Below are positions 9,074 through 18,314 of a stretch of 64,000 bases of DNA, in pieces. The DNA lies in IMG/VR virus record IMGVR_UViG_3300038334_000112. One strand, given 5' to 3'. The DNA is from an uncultured virus (IMG/VR IMGVR_UViG_3300038334_000112). Taxonomy: Duplodnaviria > Heunggongvirae > Uroviricota > Caudoviricetes. A model generated the notes under the pieces. That model searched no databases, was not told the origin of the DNA, and worked only from the letters and a program-made list of their open reading frames with translations. The position numbers and the translations under genes are program-made. Position 1 is the first letter of the stretch; every line of letters starts with the position of its first letter.

Positions 9074-10540
9074 ATGAGTGAAGGACAAGACGCCCCCCCT
9101 GCAAAGTCCATCGGGATCGACCTCGCCACTCTTTCCGCCAACGTGGATATTGAGACAGAAGATGCGGGCATACTCCGGATCGGTCCCTTGAATGCCGGTG
9201 TCCTCATCGACGTGGCCCCCTTGCTCGAATCTACCTCCAACATACCTGAAGCTTCTTTGGCAAAATCGATGATGCTGAAGATGGTGAAAAACAAACCGAC
9301 CGACGAGGGCGCGGAATGTTCACCGCTTACGAGTGAACAAAGGGAGCGAATCACCGAGGAGGACGTTCGCCGTTTTGCTGAGGCGGTGCTCAAACGCGAA
9401 CGGGTGAAGGAAATATTGACCGACTCGGGGGAGCCGCTTTCCCCTGAACTTGCACTTGTTCGGTACGTCCGCGAATGGAACGAGAAGATTACTGAACCCA
9501 TGAAGCGCTGGAATACTGCTCTTGGCTCCGGGTTTCTTACGGCTTCCACACGTAACGCTTTGGGAGACTTCAAACTCCATAGAGCAATCGCTGACTCAAT
9601 GCGCACGCCCGCTTGGCTTTCCGAGACTGCTGTGGCCAAGAGCCTGATGGCGGATGCCGAGCGAGTCGCAAGGGCAACCGCCTATCCCGGCGGTGCTATT
9701 GGCAAGAAGCTAATGGAGGATGCCGAGCGACTTACAAGGGCTACCAATGGTCTTGGTGCCTCCGCCGTTAAGGGCGCTATCGCTGATGTAGAGCGTCTTA
9801 CGAAGGCGGCCTATATTCCTGACCTTGGCATCGCGAAGGGCGTGATTGCGGATGTCGAGCGTGCAGCTAGGGCTGCCGCCTTTCCCGACGCTGCCGCGTT
9901 CAAGGTCCCATTAGCAGAGACGGCAACGGGAAGGCTGGCTGCCGAATGGGAAAAAATGACTGCCGCAATTAAAAACCCGCTAGCAGGGACGGCAACGGGT
10001 AGACTGGCAGCCGAACTCGAAAAGACGGCGGCCGCATGGCCAAGCCAAGAGGCCCGCCCTCTTCTCGGTGCAGCGCAGTTGCAGGAAGCGATCATCGGGC
10101 AGAGCCCTACCGCGAGACTAAGCGAAAAGCTGGACGAACTGAAAGACGCGATTGGCAACGGGACCGAACTGACGGAAAGGCTTCTGTCTGACTCCGTTGC
10201 TGCAACTCGAAAGCATATTGAACAAGCGGAAGAGCAAGGGAAAACGGATGCGCGCGCCCAACGAATAGCCGTATGGTGTGCGGTCGGAGGTATTGCTGTC
10301 ACGGTCGTCCTTGGGCTGGCTTCGTTGGTAGTGTCCTGCCAAAGCTACAGCCACGATCTCGCGGTAGAAGCAAACGCTGCAAAAGAGCGTACCACGTCTG
10401 CCTCTAAGGAAGAGGAGAGGCTACAGATCCTACGGGAGCAGATTGCTACCCAACAGGAGCAAAACAGGCTTTTGCGTGAGCTTCTGACCCAATCCGCTCA
10501 GAAGGGCAAAACCCCCAGCCCCAAAGTAGCCCCGCGGTAA
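9074..10540 (+). CDS. Cargo membrane protein with internal helical repeats
   Basis: 488 aa; ~20-aa repeats 'K.++.D.ER..+A', a C-proximal TM helix and a coiled coil. Confidence 0.75.
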   Translation: MSEGQDAPPAKSIGIDLATLSANVDIETEDAGILRIGPLNAGVLIDVAPLLESTSNIPEASLAKSMMLKMVKNKPTDEGAECSPLTSEQRERITEEDVRRFAEAVLKRERVKEILTDSGEPLSPELALVRYVREWNEKITEPMKRWNTALGSGFLTASTRNALGDFKLHRAIADSMRTPAWLSETAVAKSLMADAERVARATAYPGGAIGKKLMEDAERLTRATNGLGASAVKGAIADVERLTKAAYIPDLGIAKGVIADVERAARAAAFPDAAAFKVPLAETATGRLAAEWEKMTAAIKNPLAGTATGRLAAELEKTAAAWPSQEARPLLGAAQLQEAIIGQSPTARLSEKLDELKDAIGNGTELTERLLSDSVAATRKHIEQAEEQGKTDARAQRIAVWCAVGGIAVTVVLGLASLVVSCQSYSHDLAVEANAAKERTTSASKEEERLQILREQIATQQEQNRLLRELLTQSAQKGKTPSPKVAPR

Positions 10541-10672
10541 AAATGAACGAGGATGAGGTGAAGGGTGGTGTCCGCTGCTTTCGTAGTATCATAGCCCATT
10601 TGCTGCGGAATAGCTCTGGATGATGTTTGGTGACGGCCATATAAGCGTCTACGCGCAAACTTAGGAGGACAC

Positions 10673-11077
10673 ATGAATTCAGAAAGATTTTATGCATCTA
10701 CACAGTATGGCGACATGAAAGGTACATCTTGTGCCGATAATCATGCCAGCAACTCAATGCGTGTGTATCTGGAAAAGAATGAACTGATCCACCCTGATGA
10801 ACTGCTTGTCGGTATTTCTATGTTCTCCGGGGAGGTGCACACGTCGACGCAGGACAACCCTGTCTATGTCCATGCATATGTCGTTAAGGCAACGGACTTT
10901 GAAGAGATGAAGAAACTTGTCGATTCAGAAATGCCGTTGCCGGTGCGCCGGATTTCCATTGAGATGCACCTTAACGAATTTTTCGGTCTGTTTAAAAGGT
11001 TTGAAATTTGTGTTTCTAATAACGGCTTGATCGATGGGAAAGAAATAGAGGTGTTAGAGTCCACGGACGTGGAGTAA
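10673..11077 (+). CDS. Cargo hypothetical protein
   Basis: 134 aa, strong AGGAGG RBS, AT-richer. Confidence 0.75.
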   Translation: MNSERFYASTQYGDMKGTSCADNHASNSMRVYLEKNELIHPDELLVGISMFSGEVHTSTQDNPVYVHAYVVKATDFEEMKKLVDSEMPLPVRRISIEMHLNEFFGLFKRFEICVSNNGLIDGKEIEVLESTDVE

Positions 11078-11170
11078 TAATTTGCGGGAGCCAGGGGGGG
11101 AGATATCCTCCCCCTTGACTCCCCCTCCCCGCACGTGCCATTTCCCCTGCATACTGCCCAATTCCCCTCG

Positions 11171-11218
11171 CCCCTGACACTTGTCCGCGTTAGAGCGCGG
11201 CCCCTGCCAACGTAGTCT
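11171..11218 (+). promoter_or_regulatory. Late (lysis) promoter with candidate activator site
   Basis: CCCCTGACACTTGTCCGCGTTA matches 22107-22128 at 20/22; TAGTCT -10-like hexamer lies 20 nt downstream. Confidence 0.6.
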
Positions 11219-11319
11219 CCACCACGGATGCGGCGCTTCGCCGCCATCAACCCCTCCCGCCTCCTCCCGGCTCGCGCCAAGCCGGGGGGAGGCAACGGAG
11301 GAGAACCGTGGAGGCCGAC

Positions 11320-11772
11320 ATGCAACGCACGAACCGCCAGGGTCTGGACCTGATCCTCGTCAGTGAGGAGCTGCGCCTGGAGGCCTATCGTTGCCCGGCT
11401 GGCGTTTGGACCATCGGCTGGGGCCATACCGGGCCTGACGTTTACCCCGGCATGGTCATCACCGAGGCCCTGGCGATTCTGTTTAAGCAGGCCGACCTTG
11501 AACGCTTCGAGTCCGCCGTTGAGGATGCGCTCGAAGTCCCTGTCACCGGCAATCAGTTCTCCGCGCTTGTCTCCTTCGCCTTCAACGTTGGGGATGAAGC
11601 CTTCCGTGGCTCGACCCTGCTCAACAAGCTGAATACCGGCGACATCAATGGTGCGGCGGCGGAGTTCAAGCGCTGGGTGCACTCAAAGGGCCGCCTCCAG
11701 CCTGGCCTGGTGACCCGCCGTGCAGCCGAGCGCGAGCTGTTCCTGACCCCTGGCGACGGAGATCCCGCATGA
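11320..11772 (+). CDS. Endolysin (GH24 lysozyme)
   Basis: 'EELRLEAYRCPAGVWTIGWGHT', 'LVSFAFNVG', 'GLVTRRAAE'. Confidence 0.95.
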   Translation: MQRTNRQGLDLILVSEELRLEAYRCPAGVWTIGWGHTGPDVYPGMVITEALAILFKQADLERFESAVEDALEVPVTGNQFSALVSFAFNVGDEAFRGSTLLNKLNTGDINGAAAEFKRWVHSKGRLQPGLVTRRAAERELFLTPGDGDPA

Positions 11773-12032
11773 TCTTCCCGCGCGCCTTCAATTCCAGCCC
11801 CGTGCCGACCGAGGCCCACACCGCGCTTGTCCTGGCTGCCTTCATCGCTCTCGTGACCTTCCAGACCGTTGCCTTGTGGAAAGGTCAGGAGTTCAGCGCA
11901 GCCGCCTTTGGTGAGGCGCTGGGCATCATCCTGGGCGGCGGGGGCGTGGCCGCGCTCGGCCAAAGCTACCTCACCCGCGCGCGCGGGCAGATCACCGGCG
12001 GCAACGTCCGCCCCGACAACCCGGACAAGTAG
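11769..12032 (+). CDS. Putative holin
   Basis: 87 aa, two TM segments, between the lysozyme and spanin genes. Confidence 0.6.
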   Translation: MIFPRAFNSSPVPTEAHTALVLAAFIALVTFQTVALWKGQEFSAAAFGEALGIILGGGGVAALGQSYLTRARGQITGGNVRPDNPDK

Positions 12033-12041
12033 GAGGCACCT

Positions 12042-12680
12042 GTGGACCTGACCACCCTCGCATCAAAATCCGGCGCGAAGCTGGCCCTGGGCCTTGGCGG
12101 CGCGCTGCTCGTGCTCATCCTCTGCCTGGCCTGCTCCTGGGGCGGCTACCGCCACGGGTTCGCCACGGCCAAGGACAAGGGCGATGCCAAGTACTCCAAG
12201 CTGGAGACGAGCATCGCCGAGGCCAACCGCCTGGCCAGCGACACCGCCCGGCGCATCGTGGACGCGGAGATCATCCGCCGCGACAAGCTGGCCGGGGAGC
12301 TGGCCGCCGCCCGCGCGACCATTTCGGAACAAGGCAAGAAAATCACCAACCGGAGGATAGCCGATGCGTCGCGCTCTGTTGCCGCTGTTGATGGCCGTTG
12401 CACTTTCGGCCCTGGCTGGGTGGGGCTGTACAACGAAGCTTGGGGCTTCGGCCACGGCGATCCAGCCGGTCCCGCCGCCACCCCCGGCCCTGATGGAGAA
12501 GCCGGAGCAATACCGACCGCTCAAGCCGGGGAGTTTCAACAAGGCGGAGTGACCCCGGAGGACATTCAGGTGGTCAACCGCGACAACGCCCGGATTTGCC
12601 GGGACACCACGACCAAGTACCTGGCGCTCATCAAGTGGGCGGAAGGAATCCCCAAGACCGTCACCATGGAGGCACGCTAA
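12042..12680 (+). CDS. Rz-like inner-membrane spanin
   Basis: N-terminal TM helix followed by a coiled coil, within the lysis cassette. Confidence 0.7.
   Translation: MDLTTLASKSGAKLALGLGGALLVLILCLACSWGGYRHGFATAKDKGDAKYSKLETSIAEANRLASDTARRIVDAEIIRRDKLAGELAAARATISEQGKKITNRRIADASRSVAAVDGRCTFGPGWVGLYNEAWGFGHGDPAGPAATPGPDGEAGAIPTAQAGEFQQGGVTPEDIQVVNRDNARICRDTTTKYLALIKWAEGIPKTVTMEAR
12364..12552 (+). CDS. Rz1-like outer-membrane lipoprotein spanin, embedded in Rz
   Basis: GGAGG RBS, signal peptide with Cys ('LAGWGC'), Pro-rich stretch; alternative frame inside Rz. Confidence 0.7.
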   Translation: MRRALLPLLMAVALSALAGWGCTTKLGASATAIQPVPPPPPALMEKPEQYRPLKPGSFNKAE

Positions 12681-12681
12681 A

Positions 12682-13044
12682 ATGGACTGGTGGGAAATCC
12701 TTGTCCGTCTCTCTTCCGCAATCCTGCTCATCGTCCAGGGATTGATCATGTGGGGGTTGTGGAGCTTGCGCAAACAGTTTGTGTCCCGCACGCATTGCGA
12801 TGCGCAGTGCCAAACCCAGACCAAAAAGCAAACGGAGCTCGAGCAGGCGCAGACCAAGCTGGAACAGGCGCAAAAGGCCTTGCCCAACGCGGACGAGGTG
12901 CAGGCCATGGCCGTGCAGCTGGCGGCCATTGAGGGCAGCATCAAAACCGTGGAGGCCACCGTGCGCGGCCAGTCGGAGGTCATGCAGCGCATTGAACGCC
13001 CCTTGAACCTGCTCTTGGAGCATCACCTGCGGAGCGAAAAATGA
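12682..13044 (+). CDS. DUF2730-like membrane protein (Mu gp25-like)
   Basis: TM helix plus coiled coil ending 'LLLEHHL'; conserved position. Confidence 0.7.
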   Translation: MDWWEILVRLSSAILLIVQGLIMWGLWSLRKQFVSRTHCDAQCQTQTKKQTELEQAQTKLEQAQKALPNADEVQAMAVQLAAIEGSIKTVEATVRGQSEVMQRIERPLNLLLEHHLRSEK

Positions 13045-13337
13045 ACCTTTCCCAATTGCTGAACGAGGACCGCCGCCTACTCATTCTGCGCCTGCTGGCC
13101 GAGGACCCCGGCTACCAGCTGAACGTCTACGTGCTGCGCCCGGCGCTTCAGTCCATGGGCCATACCGTGAGCCACGACAAGGTGGAGACGGACCTGGCCT
13201 GGCTGGCCGAGCAGGGCCTGGTCACCATAGGCCAGGCCTCCGGCGTCACCGTGGGCAAGCTCACCGCGCGCGGGGCGGACGTGGCCGCCGGACGCGCCAC
13301 GGTGCCCGGCGTGAAGCGCCCCGAACCTGGGGAATAG
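13041..13337 (+). CDS. Mu gp26-like wHTH protein
   Basis: 'EDRRLLILRLL..DLAWLAEQGLV..LTARGADVAAGRA.VPGVKRP'. Confidence 0.85.
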   Translation: MNLSQLLNEDRRLLILRLLAEDPGYQLNVYVLRPALQSMGHTVSHDKVETDLAWLAEQGLVTIGQASGVTVGKLTARGADVAAGRATVPGVKRPEPGE

Positions 13338-13340
13338 GCC

Positions 13341-13934
13341 ATGCCGCGCAAGTCCACCGTCCGCCGCCTGCCGCCCGAGCTGCGCGAACAGATCGGCAAG
13401 CTCATCGACGAGGGCCGCACGCTCGACGAGATCACCGCGCACCTGAACCAGCTGGGCGCGGAGGTCTCCCGCTCGGCCCTGGGCCGCTACAAGCAACACC
13501 TGGACAAGGTGGGCGAGAAGCTGCGCCGCAGCCGCGAGGTGGCCGAGGCGCTGATCCAGAAGCTGGGCAACGCGCCGGAGTCCAAGGCCCTGCGCCTCAA
13601 TGTGGAGCTGATGCATGGCGTGCTCATGGACCTGGCGCTGAACGCCAACGCCAACGACGAGGACGGAGGCGAGGGCAACGAAGCGGCCGAGGGCAAGGGC
13701 GTGACCCTGGAACCCATGGGCGCCATGCTGCTGGCCAAGGCTCTGGACCATCTTTCCCGCGCCAGCAAGAGCGACGCCGAGCTGGTGGGCAAGATCAAGG
13801 AACAGGCCCGCAAGGATGCGGAAGCCAAGCTGGACAAGGCCGTCACGGCCGCCACGGGCGAGGCCAGGCGCGACGCCCTCACGCCGGTGCAGGTGCTGGA
13901 GCGCGTCCGGGCCATCTACCGGGGCGAGGCCTAA
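13341..13934 (+). CDS. DUF3486 / Mu gp27-like putative small terminase
   Basis: 'MPRKSTVRRLPPELRE..VSRSALGRY'. Confidence 0.85.
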   Translation: MPRKSTVRRLPPELREQIGKLIDEGRTLDEITAHLNQLGAEVSRSALGRYKQHLDKVGEKLRRSREVAEALIQKLGNAPESKALRLNVELMHGVLMDLALNANANDEDGGEGNEAAEGKGVTLEPMGAMLLAKALDHLSRASKSDAELVGKIKEQARKDAEAKLDKAVTAATGEARRDALTPVQVLERVRAIYRGEA

Positions 13935-13937
13935 GCC

Positions 13938-15251
13938 GTGGGCGGCATCCTCTACCCGTTCCAGCGCCGCTGGATCGACGATCCCGCGCGATTCAAGGTG
14001 GGCATGTTCGCCCGCCAGACCGGCAAGACCTTCACCAACACCCTGGAGATCGCCGAGGATATCGTCGCGCACGATGTCGCCAGCACCCGCACGCGCTGGG
14101 TCATTCTCTCGCGCGGGGAGCGCCAGGCCAAGGAGGCCATGGACGAGGGCCTCAAGCTGCACCTGCGGGCCATGGGCGCGGCCTTCGACGCCGTGGAGGA
14201 GGACTCCGGCTACCGCTACGAGGACGGCTCCAGCATAAAGGCCCTGGAGGTCATCCTGCGCCACGGCTCGCGCGTCACGGCCCTGCCCGCCAACCCGGAC
14301 ACCGCACGCGGATTTTCCGCCAACGTGCTGCTGGACGAGTTCGCCTTCCACAAGGACAGCCGCGCCATCTGGAAGGCCCTGTTCCCGGTGATCTCCAAGC
14401 CTGGCCTGAAGCTGCGCGTGGTCAGCACGCCCAACGGCAAGGGCAACAAATTTTACGACCTGGTGACGGGCAAGAACGACCGCTGGAGCCGCCACGTGGT
14501 GGACATCCACCAGGCCGTGGCCGAGGGCCTGGAGCGCGACATAGCCGAACTGCGCGAGGGCTGCGACGACGAGGACGCCTGGCTGCAGGAGTTCGAGCTG
14601 CAATGGCTGGACGAGTCCTCAGCCTGGCTGCCGTACGAGCTCATCAACAGCTGCGAGCATGACCGTGCGGGCGCACCCGACGCGTACACCGGCGGGCCAT
14701 GCTTCGTGGGCGTGGACATCGGCGCGCGGCGCGACCTGTTCGTCATCTGGGTGCTGGAGGCCGTGGGCGATGTGCTCTGGACGCGGGAGATCATCGCCCG
14801 ACGCCGCATCACCTTTGCCGAGCAGGATGCCCTGCTGGACGCCGTGTTCGAGCGCTACCGCGTGATCCGGGCCTGCATGGACCAGACCGGCATGGGCGAG
14901 AAGCCCGTGGAGGACGCCAAGGGCCGCCACGGAAGTTTACGCGTGGAGGGCGTGCTGTTCACCGGCCCGAACAAGCTGACCCTGGCCACCGTGGGCAAGG
15001 AGTCCTTCGAGGACCGGCGCATCCGCATCCCCCTGGGCGACAAGGACGTCCGCGCGGACCTGCACAAGCTCCAGCGCGTGGTCGGCCCCACTGGCAGCCC
15101 GCGCTTCGTGGCCGAGAGCGACGCGGCAGGCCATGCGGACCGCGCCTGGGCCTGCTTCCTGGCGGTCAATGCCGCAGGGCGCCCGGCCATCCCCATCGAG
15201 TTCACGGCACTGGGCCAGGAGCGCTTCGTCACCCGCATGGACGACTACTAA
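13938..15251 (+). CDS. Terminase large subunit
   Basis: 'ARQTGKT', 'LLDEFAFH', 'STPNG', 'GVDIG', 'HADRAWA'. Confidence 0.95.
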   Translation: MGGILYPFQRRWIDDPARFKVGMFARQTGKTFTNTLEIAEDIVAHDVASTRTRWVILSRGERQAKEAMDEGLKLHLRAMGAAFDAVEEDSGYRYEDGSSIKALEVILRHGSRVTALPANPDTARGFSANVLLDEFAFHKDSRAIWKALFPVISKPGLKLRVVSTPNGKGNKFYDLVTGKNDRWSRHVVDIHQAVAEGLERDIAELREGCDDEDAWLQEFELQWLDESSAWLPYELINSCEHDRAGAPDAYTGGPCFVGVDIGARRDLFVIWVLEAVGDVLWTREIIARRRITFAEQDALLDAVFERYRVIRACMDQTGMGEKPVEDAKGRHGSLRVEGVLFTGPNKLTLATVGKESFEDRRIRIPLGDKDVRADLHKLQRVVGPTGSPRFVAESDAAGHADRAWACFLAVNAAGRPAIPIEFTALGQERFVTRMDDY

Positions 15252-15272
15252 GAACGACCCCCGGAGGGACTC

Positions 15273-16820
15273 ATGGCCAAAGCCACCACCCAGAAAGACT
15301 TGAAGCAGGAGATCGCCACCGTTGACCGGGACATCCTGTTCCCGGCCTTTGACGGCATCCTGCGCAACGCCGACGACACCCTGCTGACCCGTGGCGGCGC
15401 GGACGGGCTCAAGATCTACGACCAGTTGGAGCGCGACGGCTCGGTGTTCGGCTACCTGAACAAGCGCAAGCTGGCCGTCACCGCGCGCCCCTGGGAAGTG
15501 GTTCCGGGCGGTCCTGGGGCAAGGGAAAAGCAGGCCGCCGAGGTGGCCAAGGCCATGCTCGACGCCCTGGGCTTTGACAGGCTGACCACGAGCCTCATGG
15601 ACGCCCTGCTGAAAGGCTACGCCGTGGCCGAGGTCTTGTGGGACACGGACGGAGCCACCATCTACCCGCGCGAGATCAAGCCCAAGAACCAGCGCCGCTT
15701 CCACTTCGACGTGGACGGGGGCCTGCGCCTCTTGACCCCGCAGAACATGTACCACGGCGAGCCGGTGCCGAACCGCAAGTTCATCGTGCACACCTTCGGC
15801 GACAAGGACGGCACGCCCTACGGCCTGGGCCTGGGCACCAGGCTGTTCTGGTACGTGCTGTTCAAGCGCGAGGACTTCCGCTCCTGGCTGCTGTTCCTGG
15901 ACAAGTACGCCTCGCCCACGGCCGTGGGCAAATATCCGGCGGGCGCGGGCGAGCCCGAACAGCGCAAGCTCTTAAGCGCCCTGGGGGCCATCGCCCGCGA
16001 CGCCGGGGTGGTCATCCCCGAGGGCATGGCCATTGAACTGCTGGAGGCCAAACGCTCCAGCGCGGGCAGCCACGAAGCCTTCTGCCGCTATCTGGACGAA
16101 CAGATCGGCCTGATCATCCTGGGCGATGCTCCGGGGGCCAAGGACTCGGGCGATGCGCTGGCCAGCGCGGCGATTCTGCGCAACGAGGTGCGCCTGGAGC
16201 TGGTGGCGGCGGACGCGGACCTGCTTTCGGCCACGCTGAACCAGACCCTGCTCACGTGGATCACGGAGTTGAACGTGCCGGGGGCCATCCCTCCCAAGGT
16301 CTGGCGCGACGTGAAGCCCGCCGAGGACCAGACGGCGCGCAGCGAGCGCGACAAGAACCTGGGCACGCTGGGCTACCGGCCCACGCTCAAAAGCCTCACA
16401 GAGGCCTACGGCGGCGAATGGGAGGAGATGCCCGGACGCACGGCCACCGGCGGCGGGATGGACAAGAACCTGGACAAGGGCGCGGCCACTCCGAGCATAC
16501 CGGACGGCGCTGACGCCTCGGCCTTTACCGAAGGCGTGGACTTCTCGAACCAGGCCCTCTACCCGGACCAGGCCGCCCTGGACGCGGCGGCAGACGGCTT
16601 GCCCGCCGACGAGATGGACGCGGCCATGCGCGCCATGCTGAAACCCGTGGTGGACCTGCTGGCCAAGGGCGACAGCGCCGAGGACGCCATGACCAGGCTG
16701 GCGGAGATATATCCGGACCTGGACGCCACCGGCCTGGCCACCCAGCTGGCCCGCGCCATGTTCGTGGCCGAGGTCTGGGGCAGGCTGGCCGCGCAGGCAG
16801 AAGAGAAGACAGGAGGCTAG
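15273..16820 (+). CDS. Portal protein (DUF935, Mu gp29-like)
   Basis: 'DALLKGYAVAEVLW', 'PYGLGLG', 'FLDKYASP..VGKYP'. Confidence 0.92.
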   Translation: MAKATTQKDLKQEIATVDRDILFPAFDGILRNADDTLLTRGGADGLKIYDQLERDGSVFGYLNKRKLAVTARPWEVVPGGPGAREKQAAEVAKAMLDALGFDRLTTSLMDALLKGYAVAEVLWDTDGATIYPREIKPKNQRRFHFDVDGGLRLLTPQNMYHGEPVPNRKFIVHTFGDKDGTPYGLGLGTRLFWYVLFKREDFRSWLLFLDKYASPTAVGKYPAGAGEPEQRKLLSALGAIARDAGVVIPEGMAIELLEAKRSSAGSHEAFCRYLDEQIGLIILGDAPGAKDSGDALASAAILRNEVRLELVAADADLLSATLNQTLLTWITELNVPGAIPPKVWRDVKPAEDQTARSERDKNLGTLGYRPTLKSLTEAYGGEWEEMPGRTATGGGMDKNLDKGAATPSIPDGADASAFTEGVDFSNQALYPDQAALDAAADGLPADEMDAAMRAMLKPVVDLLAKGDSAEDAMTRLAEIYPDLDATGLATQLARAMFVAEVWGRLAAQAEEKTGG

Positions 16821-16823
16821 GCC

Positions 16824-17699
16824 ATGCCCGAAATGCCGGACCTCTCCTTTGCCCTGGGCCTGCCGCCCGAGCAGGCCATCGCCTACTTCGAGACCAAGGG
16901 CTACACACTCTCCTGGGCCTGGCGCGAGGTCTGGCAGGAGGCCCATGTGCGCGCCTTCACCGTGGCGGGCGTGCTGAAGCTGGATGTGCTCACGGACATC
17001 CGCACGGGCATTGAACAGGCGTTGAAGCAGGGCAAAACGCTCTCCCAATTCGAGCGCGAGCTGGAGCCGCTCTTGAAGCGGCGCGGCTGGCTGGGCAAGG
17101 GCGAGATCCGCGACGCGCTGACCGGCGAGGTGGCGGGCCGCCGCCTGGCCCCGCACCGCCTGGCCACCATCTACCGCACCAACATGCAGACCAGCTACAT
17201 GGCCGGGCGCTACAAGCGCTTTGCGGAGAACGCGGCGGCCCGGCCCTATTGGGAGTACGTGGCCGTCATGGACAGCCGCACCCGGCCGGAGCACGCGGCC
17301 CTGAATGGCCTGGTGTTCCCGGCGGGCGACAGCTTCTGGCAGTCGTACTGGCCGCCCAACGGCTGGCGTTGCCGTTGCCGCGTCTCAGCCCTCACGCACG
17401 GGGAGGCCCACGCCGGGGGGCGCACCGTGCAGGACTCCGCCGGGCGCATCACCGAGAAGGAAGTGCCCACGGGCCGCCCACGGCCAGGCCAGCCCATGCC
17501 CACGGCACCACCCATGGCTAAGGTGGCCCGGTTCGAGGCCCGGCCCGGCCTGTTCGTTTCGCCGGACGCTGGCTTTTCGTACAACCCCGGCCAGGCCGGG
17601 GCAGGCATGCAGGAAATGGTGGTGCGCAAGCTGGCCCAGGCCCCGCCGGACCTAGCTGCCCAGGCCGCGCGCGAGCTGCGCAAAGGCAAGGGCTCATGA
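16824..17699 (+). CDS. Head morphogenesis protein F (MuF/gp30)
   Basis: 'RLATIYRTNMQTSY.AGR', 'DSRTRPEH', 'PPNGWRCRC'; no toxin extension. Confidence 0.93.
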   Translation: MPEMPDLSFALGLPPEQAIAYFETKGYTLSWAWREVWQEAHVRAFTVAGVLKLDVLTDIRTGIEQALKQGKTLSQFERELEPLLKRRGWLGKGEIRDALTGEVAGRRLAPHRLATIYRTNMQTSYMAGRYKRFAENAAARPYWEYVAVMDSRTRPEHAALNGLVFPAGDSFWQSYWPPNGWRCRCRVSALTHGEAHAGGRTVQDSAGRITEKEVPTGRPRPGQPMPTAPPMAKVARFEARPGLFVSPDAGFSYNPGQAGAGMQEMVVRKLAQAPPDLAAQAARELRKGKGS

Positions 17700-18208
17700 T
17701 TGATCTGAAGATCGACGCCGAGCGCACCCTGCACGCAATGGAGATGCTGCGCGTGAGCTGCCTGGAGGCCTCCCCGGCCATGCGGGCCATAGCGGGAGAC
17801 ATGGAGCGTGCGGTGGAGCGGAACTTCCACAGCGAAGGCCGCCCGGCCTGGCTGGGGCTCGCTCCCGGCACCATTGCCTCGCGCATGCGCACCGGCACCT
17901 GGCCGGGCAAGATCCTTCAGCGCACCGGCCAGCTGGCGGCCAGCATCGAGAGCCGCGCGGACGCCACCAGCGCCACCGTGGGCACCAACCTGGTCTATGC
18001 CGCCATTCAGCAGCTGGGCGGCACCACCCGCGCGCACACCATCACCGCGCGCAAGGGCAAGGCCCTGGCCTTTGGTGGCATCTGCCGCCGCTCGGTCCAC
18101 CACCCTGGCTCCAAGATCCCGGCCCGGCCCTTCCTGGCCCTGGACGTGGACGACGAGCGGCAGATTATGGAGTCGGTGCTGCTATTCCTAACTGGCAGAC
18201 TGGGGTAA
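17696..18208 (+). CDS. Virion morphogenesis protein G (Mu gp31)
   Basis: 'VGTNLVYAAIQQLGG', 'IPARPFL'. Confidence 0.92.
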   Translation: MIDLKIDAERTLHAMEMLRVSCLEASPAMRAIAGDMERAVERNFHSEGRPAWLGLAPGTIASRMRTGTWPGKILQRTGQLAASIESRADATSATVGTNLVYAAIQQLGGTTRAHTITARKGKALAFGGICRRSVHHPGSKIPARPFLALDVDDERQIMESVLLFLTGRLG

Positions 18209-18314
18209 GCGCAGCATTTCACGCTTCTTGCCTTCCCCTCGGATTTCCCGCAAAGATACCTATACTTGCGTGGCGGTATTCCTTGCCCAGCACGTTGATA
18301 CGAATGAGGGGAAC

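Noticed and set aside
16824..17699. MuF polymorphic toxin
   Set aside because: gpF is the short form, with no C-terminal toxin extension or immunity gene.
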